From positions 385,246 through 449,245 of the forward strand of contig OY970382.1 in the NCBI GenBank assembly GCA_963719425.1: a DNA stretch of 64,000 nucleotides, given 5' to 3'. The stretch comes from an uncultured bacterium. GTDB lineage: Bacteria > Patescibacteriota > Minisyncoccia > UBA6257 > 2-01-FULL-56-20. Under the pieces are notes generated by a model. The model saw nothing but the letters and a program-made list of their open reading frames with translations. It was not told the DNA's origin and made no database searches. This document shows, piece by piece, positions 8,809 to 18,110 of this stretch. Numbering within the stretch: the stretch's first letter is position 1; the number at the start of each line of letters is the position of its first letter. The translations under genes were made by a program, and so were the position numbers.

Positions 8809-11800
8809 TTACGGGCGTCTTATCACGACCAATCTGATGTCCTTATTTGCGCTTCCTTTCCTGTTTAATTCTCGTCCCATATCTTCCAATACGACGCTAC
8901 AATCTTTCAGCGAGGCAAGATCCTTAAGGATTAAATCCCCCAATGTAGACGCATAATGAAAATCTTTGCTTGGTCCTTCAATATTGACTATCGTACGCTC
9001 CCCGCGCGATAGGTTAGCTTCGTCGTTTATGCTATTAAAACTTTCTAGTATTTTTTCGGAACCTGTCTTGGGTCCCACCGTGCCGTAGCCGGTGCCTGAG
9101 CAGATGATGTTTTGGAAACACTGGAATGCTTCGACGGCGCGCTCAGTCGCAGCGTCAAAGGTACCATTGATGAAAACGCCTGTAGAGAGATAACCGTCCT
9201 CGACCAGTATGTTCTGGAGGGTCGTGACCTCGGAGCCAACGCTCCCGAGAGAAAGGGATGATGCGGACGGGGCAAGCTGGGGAGACGAAACGGCAGTTGT
9301 CGGCGATGAGGATGGAGAAGAAGTGGGTGCGGAGGATATCGTCCCTCCCTCAAGGTTCTTGAGATACGCCCGGGTTATGGGGCCGAGGAACCCGCTCGCG
9401 GGCGAGATACCTGCACTCGCCTGATACTCGGCGAGGGCATCCTTCGTGAGATTGCCGAAGTAGCCCGTGGGATTGGTGAGCTTGCTTCCGGCGGGGCCGG
9501 TGGGGGCAAGGATATTGTTCGTGACGAGGTAGACCTGGAGGGCCCAGACGTCATCACCTTGGGAACCCACCGTCAAATTCCGGCCGGCATTCGCTGTGAA
9601 GAACATCTGGAGGGAGAGGGAGCGAACTTCTTGTACGAGTTGTAGCAACTGGGTGAGAAGATTAGTGCTTGCAGTGGAAACTATGGAAGTTGAGCTGCTG
9701 CCAGTTGTGGGCGGAGAATAGCCTCCACCGCCTCCACCACCACCACCGCCGCCGCCACTGCCGCCACTGCCGCCACTGCCTCCCGATACGACGGCCGCCT
9801 GGGTCGTCGCGCTGGTGCTCGAAGATTCTTCGGAGACATTGCCGGCGGCGTCGTAGGCATCAATAGTGTAGGTGTACGAGGTACCTGCCGAGAGACTGGT
9901 GTCATTGTAGGTTACGACGCTCGTCGTAGCAATCTTCGCACCGTTGCGGTAAACATGATAGCCAGCGACACCAACATAGTCCGTCGATGCGGACCAGGAT
10001 AGGTTGATCTCGCTTTGGGATACTGCGGTTGCGGTGAGGTTCTGCGGAATAGAAGGAGGTGTGCCGTCCACGGTCACGGTCACCTGGGCCGTTGAACTGC
10101 CGTTCGCATTCGCCGCCGTGAGGATATAGACGGTGGTGGAGGACGGAGAGACGACGACGAAGCCCGTCGACGTGGCGGATTGGTTGCCGATCCCTTGACT
10201 GATGGCGACAGTCGTCGCGAGCGCCGTCGTCCAGGAAAGGGTGCTTGATGCGCCGGGCATGATGAAGGCCGGGGACACCGTGAAGGACGTGATGGTCGGG
10301 GCGAGATTGCTCGGGGTCACGCTGTTGGAGGCCGAGGAGGACGCTGATGTTCCCGCGGCGTTCGTCGCCGTGACCGTGAAGGTGTAGCTCGTGCCGTTCG
10401 TGAGGCCGGAGACGACAATAAGGCTCGCCGTGGAGGAAGCCTGGATATTGCCGGAATCGGAGGTGGCTGCGTAATAGAGAACGGACGATCCCCCGTTCGA
10501 GCCAGGGGTGAAGGAAACGGTCGCTTGGGCATTTCCGGCAACAGCGGAAACGGACATCGGCGGGCTAGGGACCGTGTACGGCGTGGAGGAGACGACGTTG
10601 GAAGGCGTGGACGTACCGATGCTGTTCTCTGCCAGAACCTCAAAATCATAGCTCTGCCCATTCGCGAGGGAGGTCACTGTTGAGGTGGTTTGGCTTGGGG
10701 TAGTCGTGGCGTACAAAGCAAAGGTGGACGAGCCCGTCGTACGGTCGTAGACGAGGTATTGGGTGAGGATCGATCCACCATTTGAGGCGGGCGCCGACCA
10801 CGAGAGGGATACCTGGGCGTTGCTGGGGATGGCAGACAGGGACTGGGGTGGGGTGGGAGTGGTCGAAGTGACATTCTCAACGTTCACCGTGGTCGAGGCC
10901 GTGGAGGTGTTGTTTGAGGTGTCAGTCGAGAGCGCCCAGAGGGTCGTTGAACCGTTTGCGGTGCTGGTCGTATTCCAGAAAATGGAATAAAGGGTGCCGC
11001 TTGCGACCGTGGAGGAACCGACGAGGGTGCTCGAGGCAAGTCCCGCGCCATAGCTCCCTTCATAGAAAGCGACGCTCCGGACGTCAATATTGTCCGTGGA
11101 GGAGGCCGTGAGCGTAATGGTCGAGGAGACGGTGGCATTTGCGGCGGGGGCGATCCAGGTGACAACAGGAGGAGTGGTGTCGTTTGCGGTTGTAAGCGAG
11201 AGAGTCGCCCTGTCAAAGAAAGGCCCCGTAGAAAATGTATCATCCGCCTCAACGGTGAACGTAGTCGTCGTCGCGACAGTCGGCGTTCCCGAAATGACCC
11301 CGGTCGAGGTAGCCAGAGAAAGGCCCAGCGGCAACGAACCGCTTATGAGCATAAAGCTTACCGTTCCCTGCGTAGAGGTGGTCGTGAGCGTTTGGAAATA
11401 TGCGCTGCCGACCGCGCCCGTAGGAAACGAGGCGGTCGTTATCTTAATAAAGGAGAAGGACATAACTCGGTTCGCTGAGTTGTCAACGGCAAAAAGCCGA
11501 TTATTCACTGGATCGTAGGCCAGACCATACGGCGCACTAAGCCCGGTCTGCGTAACGCTCCCTCCCGATGAGGAAAAATCCGGCTGCCCAATATCGTTTG
11601 AGGCGGCCTCACCCTTTTGGATAGTCGAGGTTGCGACATTGTTCCAAACCATAATGCGTTGGTTTCCCTCATCGGTTACAAAGAGCCGTCCATTCGTCGC
11701 ATCATATGCAACACCGAAAGGAGTGCTCAATCCATCCGGGGCAGTATTGGTGTCTGATTCACCGAAGTCGGCCTGGCCGAGCTCGCTCAATGCAGCCTCG

Positions 11801-13791
11801 TGATTCGGAAAAGTTGACGTGCCGACCGCGAAGACCATGATGCGGTTATTGGTCTGATCCACCACAAACAGATGATTCAACGTCGGATCGTAGGTCACAG
11901 CCGTCGGCCCAGCAAGCCCCTGCGATGAGGAGTCCGCGGCCACTGTGGAAAAATCATCCTGGCCAAGCTCATCCGTCGAGCTCTCGTTGGTCGTCGCGAT
12001 GGTTGAGGTGGCGACATTGAAGACCATGATGCGACTATTGCCGTGATCCGCGACAAAAAGGCGGTTATCCGCCGCATCGTAGGCAAGACCGTACGGCGCA
12101 TTAAGACCGGTCTGCGTCGTGACGGAAGAGGAACTTGAAAAGTCCGCCTGGCCGAGCACGTCCGTTGAGGTCTCATTGGTCGCTATGGCTCCCGGAGCCA
12201 TATTGAAGACAAGGACGCGATTATTCCCGCTGTCAGCGACAAAAAGACGATCGTCCGCCGGATCATAGGCGAGACCATAGGGAGCATTGAGACCGTTTTG
12301 CGTTGTAGCGGCGTCGTCGCTCGTGAAATTGCTTTGTCCGAGAACGAACGAGGCGGTGGTGCTCGAAAGCCTGTTGTTCGCGTCCAAATTGAAGACAAGC
12401 ACGCGATTGTTGAGCTGGTCCGAAACAAAGAGCCGATGGTGCGCGACATCGAGTGCGGCATCAACCGGCGCATTGAAACCCTGGCCGTTCGGACCGCCGT
12501 TCGGCTCACCGGCGGTATATGTCGTCTGCCCGAGAAGACCGGAAGCGCTTTCGTTAGTGGAAATAGGGGCAATGACAGGGAAAACAATGACGCGGTTGTT
12601 ATTCTGATCGGAAACGAAAATCTGATCGCTCACCCCGTCAAACGCAACGCCAAAGGGGCCGTTCAGCCCATTTTGCGTCGTATTCGGGCCCTCACCCGAA
12701 AAATCAGCTTGGCCGATGACGCTCGTAGCGTCCTCGTCAGTCGGGAACGTCGAGGTGCCGACCGCGAAGACCATGACGCGGTTGTTGGCATTGTCGGTCA
12801 CAAAAAGACGATTATTGATTCCGTCGTAGGCCAGTCCTTCCGGACCGGAAAGGCCGTTTGATGAGGTATTCGGGTCCGCCGTTGAGAAATCCGCCTGGCC
12901 AAGCTCATCCGTCGAGCTCTCGTTAGTCGTCGTGATGGTTGAAGTGGCGACGTTAAAAACAAGGATACGATTGTTGCCCTGGTCCGCCACGAAGAGCCGG
13001 CTGTCACCGTCAAAGGCCAAACCACAGGGAGTCGTAAGCCCTTGTTGCGTCGTGGTGGCGACGGAACTTGAGAAATCCGCCTGGCCGAGCTCATCCGTCG
13101 AGCTCTCGTTGGGCGTCGCGATGGCTCCCGGAGCTGCATCAAAAACAAGGACACGATTGTTGCCTTGGTCCGCCACGAAGAGCCGGCTGCTCGTTGTGTC
13201 GTAGGCAAGGCCGTACGGGTCATTGAGGCCAGCCTGCGTCGTGGTGGCAACGGAACTTGAGAAATCCGCCTGGCCGAGCACCGCAGACGCAGCCTCGCCG
13301 TCCGCGAATCCCGGAGTCACATCGAACACCATCACGCGGTTGTTTACCCCGTCAGATACGAAGAGCCGCTCATTGACCGGATCGTACGCGAGGCCGTCGG
13401 GATACGCAAGGTTGGTTTGCGTCGTTATGGCGTTCACCGATATAAAATCGCTTTGTCCGAGAACGGAAGTCGGCGTCGTGCCCGAAATGGTGTTGTCCGC
13501 GTTAAGCGCGAACACGAGTACGCGGGCGTTGTTCTGGTCCGTCACAAAAAGACGGTGATGGAACGCATCCAGCGCGACGTCGCCCGGGTAATAGAATCCC
13601 TGGTTATTCGGACTATTGTTCGTCCCCCCTGCGGTATAAATAGGATTACCAATTTGGTCGACGTGCCCTAAAATACCGTCCGCATTATATAACGCGGCAC
13701 GCGCGGCAAGAGGAACCGTACAGACAATAAATCCAGCAATGGCGAAAAGGAAAACCCACCGAGAATCTTTGAGAAACGATCGACACATCAT
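8809..13791 (-). CDS. Giant surface protein: NHL-like beta-propeller repeats, Ig-like domains, three FN3 domains, poly-Gly linker, two peptidoglycan-binding domains, foreign AT-rich C-terminal tail
   Basis: Repeats of the form GLxxPxGLAYD...RLFVxDxxNNRVxVF...LGQADF. Ig-like LPLGLSLATSTGVISGTPT; FN3 PxxLSA...LSW; PG-binding LTVGSQGDDVWALQ and GSEVTTLQNIL. The likely start is MMCRSF at 13791 (signal peptide); the ORF track starts at 13905. Confidence 0.88.
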   Translation of the reverse strand: MMCRSFLKDSRWVFLFAIAGFIVCTVPLAARAALYNADGILGHVDQIGNPIYTAGGTNNSPNNQGFYYPGDVALDAFHHRLFVTDQNNARVLVFALNADNTISGTTPTSVLGQSDFISVNAITTQTNLAYPDGLAYDPVNERLFVSDGVNNRVMVFDVTPGFADGEAASAVLGQADFSSSVATTTQAGLNDPYGLAYDTTSSRLFVADQGNNRVLVFDAAPGAIATPNESSTDELGQADFSSSVATTTQQGLTTPCGLAFDGDSRLFVADQGNNRILVFNVATSTITTTNESSTDELGQADFSTADPNTSSNGLSGPEGLAYDGINNRLFVTDNANNRVMVFAVGTSTFPTDEDATSVIGQADFSGEGPNTTQNGLNGPFGVAFDGVSDQIFVSDQNNNRVIVFPVIAPISTNESASGLLGQTTYTAGEPNGGPNGQGFNAPVDAALDVAHHRLFVSDQLNNRVLVFNLDANNRLSSTTASFVLGQSNFTSDDAATTQNGLNAPYGLAYDPADDRLFVADSGNNRVLVFNMAPGAIATNETSTDVLGQADFSSSSSVTTQTGLNAPYGLAYDAADNRLFVADHGNSRIMVFNVATSTIATTNESSTDELGQDDFSTVAADSSSQGLAGPTAVTYDPTLNHLFVVDQTNNRIMVFAVGTSTFPNHEAALSELGQADFGESDTNTAPDGLSTPFGVAYDATNGRLFVTDEGNQRIMVWNNVATSTIQKGEAASNDIGQPDFSSSGGSVTQTGLSAPYGLAYDPVNNRLFAVDNSANRVMSFSFIKITTASFPTGAVGSAYFQTLTTTSTQGTVSFMLISGSLPLGLSLATSTGVISGTPTVATTTTFTVEADDTFSTGPFFDRATLSLTTANDTTPPVVTWIAPAANATVSSTITLTASSTDNIDVRSVAFYEGSYGAGLASSTLVGSSTVASGTLYSIFWNTTSTANGSTTLWALSTDTSNNTSTASTTVNVENVTSTTPTPPQSLSAIPSNAQVSLSWSAPASNGGSILTQYLVYDRTTGSSTFALYATTTPSQTTSTVTSLANGQSYDFEVLAENSIGTSTPSNVVSSTPYTVPSPPMSVSAVAGNAQATVSFTPGSNGGSSVLYYAATSDSGNIQASSTASLIVVSGLTNGTSYTFTVTATNAAGTSASSSASNSVTPSNLAPTITSFTVSPAFIMPGASSTLSWTTALATTVAISQGIGNQSATSTGFVVVSPSSTTVYILTAANANGSSTAQVTVTVDGTPPSIPQNLTATAVSQSEINLSWSASTDYVGVAGYHVYRNGAKIATTSVVTYNDTSLSAGTSYTYTIDAYDAAGNVSEESSSTSATTQAAVVSGGSGGSGGSGGGGGGGGGGGGYSPPTTGSSSTSIVSTASTNLLTQLLQLVQEVRSLSLQMFFTANAGRNLTVGSQGDDVWALQVYLVTNNILAPTGPAGSKLTNPTGYFGNLTKDALAEYQASAGISPASGFLGPITRAYLKNLEGGTISSAPTSSPSSSPTTAVSSPQLAPSASSLSLGSVGSEVTTLQNILVEDGYLSTGVFINGTFDAATERAVEAFQCFQNIICSGTGYGTVGPKTGSEKILESFNSINDEANLSRGERTIVNIEGPSKDFHYASTLGDLILKDLASLKDCSVVLEDMGRELNRKGSANKDIRLVVIRRP
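11480..13600 (-). repeat. Tandem ~60-aa NHL-like coding repeats with near-identical DNA blocks
   Basis: Blocks such as (GAGAAATCCG)CCTGGCC(G/A)AGCTCATCCGTCGAGCTCTCGTT recur near 11960, 12885 and 13070. Confidence 0.8.
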
Positions 13792-13977
13792 AGCTAGGAA
13801 GTCTACGCCAATCGGGTCGAAAAAAATAGGAAAAATTGTGGACAGCCTGTGAAATAATGCGCATACCGGCTCTCCAAGATCAGATCCGACAAAGAATGAT
13901 ACCATCCGAGCTTCAAATCTGGCTTCCCGAAAGGACGAGGCATACCCAATAAGTTTCCTAAATAATTCCCTAAAAGA

Positions 13978-14029
13978 ATCCCTCCATTCATTGCATTGAT
14001 TGCGGGATTGATTGCAAGAATGGAGGGAT
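13978..14029 (-). terminator. Long hairpin, probable terminator of the 14047-14730 gene
   Basis: 12-bp arms ATCCCTCCATTC/GAATGGAGGGAT with inner pairing, followed by TCTTTT on the minus strand. Confidence 0.6.
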
Positions 14030-14046
14030 GCAAGTTGAAAGTTTCG

Positions 14047-14730
14047 TCACGGCCTCGGGATTGTCGCAGAAACTTCGTTTGACGGGACGCTTTCCAGTTC
14101 CGTCTCAGATGGATAGGAGCACGAACTGCCATGGACGTAATCCGCTACAGTGGTCACCACGTGGTAATACGTGTTGCCTGCCTGGACGTTATAGTCCGGG
14201 TAAAATGTCCCGGGAACATTCCCAATCGTCGCATAGGGTCCCCCCGATACGGACGAGACCTTTATACGATAGCCCAGGTTCGCGTAACAGGGGTTCGTTG
14301 CCGAGGTGCTTGCGGTCCAGTATAAGTCAACGTCGTGCACACCCGTTCCGCTGAGCGAAACGGTCGGAACGTTCGTCGCGGTACTTTGGACCGAAAGCGT
14401 CCCGCTCGCGCCGCCCCCTATGGTCGGGCTGAACATCACTTTGAAACTCGCGGTCCCTTTCGCGGGAACCGCTACCGGCAGTGAAATGCAACAAATTGCG
14501 AACTCGCTACTGTTGCTTCCGCTGCCACCGCTCACAGTGATGGTATTAAGGGTCACCGCCACGCTGCCAGTGTTCGTGACGATGATCGTTCCTGAGTTCA
14601 TGCTGTTCACTACGACCGCCCCAGCGTTCCAGATAGTCGGACTCACCGATATCGTCCCGGCCTTACCGAATGCACTCCTGGCACACAACAAGACAATTAG
14701 AGCAACTAGCGCAAGTCGGACGCTTCTCAT
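14047..14730 (-). CDS. Secreted ASH/choice-of-anchor-D Ig-like domain plus FN3-like C-terminal domain
   Basis: Signal peptide, then IIVTNTG...FKVMFSPT...VSLSGTG and VDLYWTAST...SGGPY...VQAGNTYY...ESVPSNEVSATIP. Strong SD AAGGAGG upstream. Confidence 0.8.
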   Translation of the reverse strand: MRSVRLALVALIVLLCARSAFGKAGTISVSPTIWNAGAVVVNSMNSGTIIVTNTGSVAVTLNTITVSGGSGSNSSEFAICCISLPVAVPAKGTASFKVMFSPTIGGGASGTLSVQSTATNVPTVSLSGTGVHDVDLYWTASTSATNPCYANLGYRIKVSSVSGGPYATIGNVPGTFYPDYNVQAGNTYYHVVTTVADYVHGSSCSYPSETELESVPSNEVSATIPRP

Positions 14731-15116
14731 CTCGTGATCCTCCTTGTTGTTTCCAACCTTGTTATTTACAATGCAAACTCCGTCATCATCATATCGCAGA
14801 AGGGGCTTTACATCAACATTATGTGAGGCCGTTCGAAAACCAAAGCCATAGTAATCCCTGAGCGCTGCGGGTTAGCAAAAAACATTCCTAAAAATAACAC
14901 ATTCCACCGTCACACGCCGACCTCCAGTGGTACAGTAAGGAGATGCCGGGCGACCGGGTTCAAAACGGCGTGAAATTACTCAGTCGTTTGGAGGGAGAAC
15001 CCCGATTATCAAGAATCTTGCCATCATTGCGCTCGCCATTGGGATCGCCGCGGACGTCGCTCCACTTGAGGAGAAAAAACAAGAAAGGTAGCGGGACCAC
15101 AGCACCGCCACATCCA

Positions 15117-15662
15117 TCACCGATTCGCAGAGGCAAAAGTAACGAGCCGATGTTGCAGTCCCGCGCGAACATTGAATTCCTTTTTGGCCGCCCACGCATA
15201 GACGCCAAAGAGTGCCGCGCCAAACCCAAAGTCCCCGAGAAGCGTGTTGCGGAAGAAAGGAATCGCCGTCACGTAGCACGCGAGAAGACCCGCGAGCGTG
15301 TGCGGATACCACGGCGAGAGCGCCCACACGGCGAAATTCGTTGAGAGATAAAAGAGAATGGAACCGGTCGCAGTGCCGAGCGCAAATTTCCGCCACGTAA
15401 AATTCATACCAATCCAGTTACCGAGGAATGTTGCGAGGGCGAACGACCCGTAGACCGCGACCATGAGCCGCCAGTCGTAAAATCCGATCACGGCGTCCGA
15501 AACGAACATCGCGCCGAGGACGATGCCGATGCTCTGCCTTCGCGGCAAACGCGCGCCGAGAAACAGCGCGAGTGCGCCGATCGGCGCAAAATTCGCCGGA
15601 TGCGGCAGGAGCCGAAACGACGCGGCGGCGAGCGCAAGAAGAATTGCGAGAAAATATTTCAT
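15117..15662 (-). CDS. DUF6580-type integral membrane protein, putative ECF S-component-like cobalamin transporter
   Basis: FRLLPHPANFAPIGALALF...SDAVIGFY...STNFAVW...YP...GLLACY..AIPFFRNTLLGD. About 5-6 TM segments. Third gene behind the B12 riboswitch. Confidence 0.75.
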   Translation of the reverse strand: MKYFLAILLALAAASFRLLPHPANFAPIGALALFLGARLPRRQSIGIVLGAMFVSDAVIGFYDWRLMVAVYGSFALATFLGNWIGMNFTWRKFALGTATGSILFYLSTNFAVWALSPWYPHTLAGLLACYVTAIPFFRNTLLGDFGFGAALFGVYAWAAKKEFNVRAGLQHRLVTFASANR

Positions 15663-15675
15663 GATGGTCTCGTTA

Positions 15676-16155
15676 TTATTGCTGCGATGCGGTAAATTTC
15701 CATTCTATGCGGTCGCCCGCATGCACTGTGGCGTGATCGGCGCCCTCCGTGGCATACGCACCATTCACCCAGTACTGCCAGTACGCGCCGCCTGCACCAT
15801 TTATCTTATCACCGATCTCCGTGATGAGAATCCCCGTGCCCGGATAGACCTTGTAATCAAAGGCAAGTCCAGTATTCGCGGCAGCAGCCTTGACCACCGA
15901 AAAAACGGTGGAGGTGGCGGCCACGGGAACGGCGCTGTTCACGATATTTTTCGTACCATCAAAGACAACGAGCGTCGTGGAGGCGACTGGCAGCAAAGCG
16001 GGCATGGACGCGGATGATGACAGGACTTTGGCGGGGACCGCCATGGGTGCGGCCCCCGGCGCCGGGAGCGGTGCCGATGAAAAGGAATGCCATCCTGCCC
16101 AACCGGCGAGTGCCGCCGCAACCACAACGCACGCAATGATAAAAAATCTTTTCAT
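15676..16155 (-). CDS. Membrane-anchored DUF4430 (transcobalamin beta-domain-like) protein
   Basis: N-terminal TM; TVFSVV...GILITEIG...NG...YWQYWVNG.YA..GAD...V..GDRIEWKF. ATG at 16155 overlaps the upstream TGA (ORF track start 16167). Confidence 0.85.
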   Translation of the reverse strand: MKRFFIIACVVVAAALAGWAGWHSFSSAPLPAPGAAPMAVPAKVLSSSASMPALLPVASTTLVVFDGTKNIVNSAVPVAATSTVFSVVKAAAANTGLAFDYKVYPGTGILITEIGDKINGAGGAYWQYWVNGAYATEGADHATVHAGDRIEWKFTASQQ

Positions 16156-18053
16156 TGGCTCGTACAAAGATTATTCAGAACTGCGCGGGTTGCGGAACCG
16201 ACAAAGCCGTTGCCGGACGAAAGCCCTTTCGGCGCAAGGATCTGATCGGCAAAAATATTTTGGAAGGCGGCAATCGCATTTTTGGTCCCATCGCCAAAGT
16301 AGGCGGTCTCGTTGCCCGGCGAGCCTGGGCCGTCCTTCGCCACCTCCGTAAGTGAGGTGTAGTTGAGGACCCTTTGGAGATTCTCTACGTCGGGGTCATG
16401 CATTCCCTGATACAAGTTCTTATTGAACGCGACCGCGCAATCGTTCGCCTTGAACTCCAGTGTGACCAATTCCTTTTCTAAATCAATGAGCTCGCCGATC
16501 ACACTTGTCGTTGACGCGCCGAGAATCTCCCCCGCCGTTGAGGTCGGGGTAGTCGTGGCCATGCTCTGTAGAGAAGGCGACGATGAGGATGCCGCGAGCG
16601 AAGATGATGCCGACACGCCGCTTCCTCCACCGCCGGAGCTCGCGGATACAGCCGGCGCCGTGACCGTGAGCGGCAATTCGGAACCGTCACCATAATACCA
16701 GACCACGTTGTCACCTTGCTTCACATTATAATCCGCCGCACTGACTGAAGGAGAAACAAAATTCACGAGATACAGCCACCCGTCCGCGCCGGCTGCCGCA
16801 ACGGATCCGATTTGATCCACGTATGATCCGAAGCTGTACTCGTGAACGTGATAGCTCGCGCCGCAGGATGACGACGCGTCCGCAAGAACATCCATCGCCG
16901 TGAGTGCCTGCCCCGTGCCCGCGCAGAGTTCCGCGGACGGTCCTTCAATGCGGTAAGAAACCTGCACGGGCGCCGGTCCACCGCTGCCTCCCCCTCCCCC
17001 ACCGCCTCCGCCGCTCCCTCCTCCCACTAGCACGACGATCCCCGTTGAGGTCGCCGTGGACGTCGTGCTTGTAGCCGTCGTTTTGGAAACTGTGGAAACT
17101 GGCGTAATCACGGCGGTCGGCAAAAACTTTCCAAGGAGAGCGATCACGGCATATGAGGTTGTCACCGGACTGAACGAGTCCTCACCGCTCCCCGACTGGT
17201 ATTCAAAAAATCCGGAAGACGCGTTCTGAAACGAAAGCAAACTCGCCACGGGATCGGTGCCGCTCGCCGCGGTCCAGGCGGACGACGTCGGACTTTGCCC
17301 GAGTGCATTGATCGCGGAAATAATCCACGAATCGGATGAGGCATCCGTAGACGTCCCGTAAGGGCTTGTGGGATCATACGAAAACCCGCCATCGGGGTTT
17401 TGCGCGCTCTTCAAATATTTGACGGCATTCTGAATGGCAGAGTCGGAAACATTTGACCCGGTCGCAAGGAGCGCCATGACGGCGGCTGCGGTCGTATTCG
17501 TATCGCTCGTTCCGCCGATGACATATGTGAAGCCGCCATTGGTGACGTTCTGGTTATTCAACAAAAAATTACGTGCGCCCAAGACCGTCGGATCGCTTGA
17601 CGACACTCCTGCCGCACTCAACGCGAGCAATCCGAAGATGTCGTCGTTAAGCGTAGAGGTGCCGCCGATCTCACCCGTCGTCGTGCTCACGAAGCCTTCA
17701 AGGTCCGCAACGAGGTCTTCACCGCCAATGATTGTGCGCGGATCGCTGCCGATCGCCGCGATCGCCATGATCGGCGCCTCAAGACCAATTGCCGTAGAGG
17801 TACTCGTGCTCGCGAGCGCAAGCGACACAGAAGAAGTGCTCGGTGCATTGCCCGCCGCAGAAAGTGCCATGATGCTCCACGGATTAAACGACTTGGATTG
17901 CAAATAAGAAACAGCAGCGGCAATTGCCGAGGAAATGTCCGGCGTCGTGGAAGTGGTGGAACTCGCGTCCACAAATGAATGCGTGGGCGACATCGACACA
18001 AAGAACAACGCAGCTGCGGCCAAGAGCACAACGAACAAAAAAGTTTTTTTCAT
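16152..18053 (-). CDS. Secreted transcobalamin-like protein: prenyltransferase/squalene-cyclase-type alpha/alpha barrel + DUF4430 + peptidoglycan-binding domain
   Basis: Signal peptide; QW-like repeats FLLNNQNVTNGGF, YLKSAQNPDGGF and LLSFQNASSGFF; poly-Gly linker; FGSYVDQIG...GWLYLVN...SAADY.VKQGDNVVWYY; LYQGMHDPDVENLQRVLN...GFVGSATRAVLN. Confidence 0.85.
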   Translation of the reverse strand: MKKTFLFVVLLAAAALFFVSMSPTHSFVDASSTTSTTPDISSAIAAAVSYLQSKSFNPWSIMALSAAGNAPSTSSVSLALASTSTSTAIGLEAPIMAIAAIGSDPRTIIGGEDLVADLEGFVSTTTGEIGGTSTLNDDIFGLLALSAAGVSSSDPTVLGARNFLLNNQNVTNGGFTYVIGGTSDTNTTAAAVMALLATGSNVSDSAIQNAVKYLKSAQNPDGGFSYDPTSPYGTSTDASSDSWIISAINALGQSPTSSAWTAASGTDPVASLLSFQNASSGFFEYQSGSGEDSFSPVTTSYAVIALLGKFLPTAVITPVSTVSKTTATSTTSTATSTGIVVLVGGGSGGGGGGGGGSGGPAPVQVSYRIEGPSAELCAGTGQALTAMDVLADASSSCGASYHVHEYSFGSYVDQIGSVAAAGADGWLYLVNFVSPSVSAADYNVKQGDNVVWYYGDGSELPLTVTAPAVSASSGGGGSGVSASSSLAASSSSPSLQSMATTTPTSTAGEILGASTTSVIGELIDLEKELVTLEFKANDCAVAFNKNLYQGMHDPDVENLQRVLNYTSLTEVAKDGPGSPGNETAYFGDGTKNAIAAFQNIFADQILAPKGLSSGNGFVGSATRAVLNNLCTSQ

Positions 18054-18059
18054 GAAACG

Positions 18060-18081
18060 AAAAATCCCGCAACGGGCGGGA
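18060..18081 (-). terminator. Riboswitch-controlled intrinsic terminator
   Basis: Minus strand TCCCGC-CCGTT-GCGGGA-TTTTT just before the ATG at 18053. Confidence 0.75.
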
Positions 18082-18110
18082 CGACGGGTGACAACACAAC
18101 ACCTCCACCG

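Noticed and set aside
9722-9786. (CCG/CCA) microsatellite as a phase-variation tract
   Set aside because: It is a triplet repeat encoding a Gly/Ser linker, so slippage would keep the frame. A similar linker lies at ~16975-17025.
11480-13600. Regularly spaced repeats as a CRISPR array
   Set aside because: The period is about 180-190 nt, the copies are degenerate and in frame, so they are protein NHL-like repeats.
7490-14050. Integrated prophage or ICE at tRNA-Gln
   Set aside because: No integrase, no phage genes, and no duplicated tRNA 3' end (att site) found by eye.
14990-15091. SD followed by ATT-ATC-AAG... encoding a 28-aa signal-peptide-like IIKNLAIIALAIGIAAD
   Set aside because: Too short, has no canonical start, and may be a chance match or a decayed remnant.
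16152-18053. Squalene-hopene cyclase or terpene biosynthesis
   Set aside because: No DXDD catalytic motif in context, a single secreted barrel, fusion to DUF4430, and a B12 riboswitch upstream.
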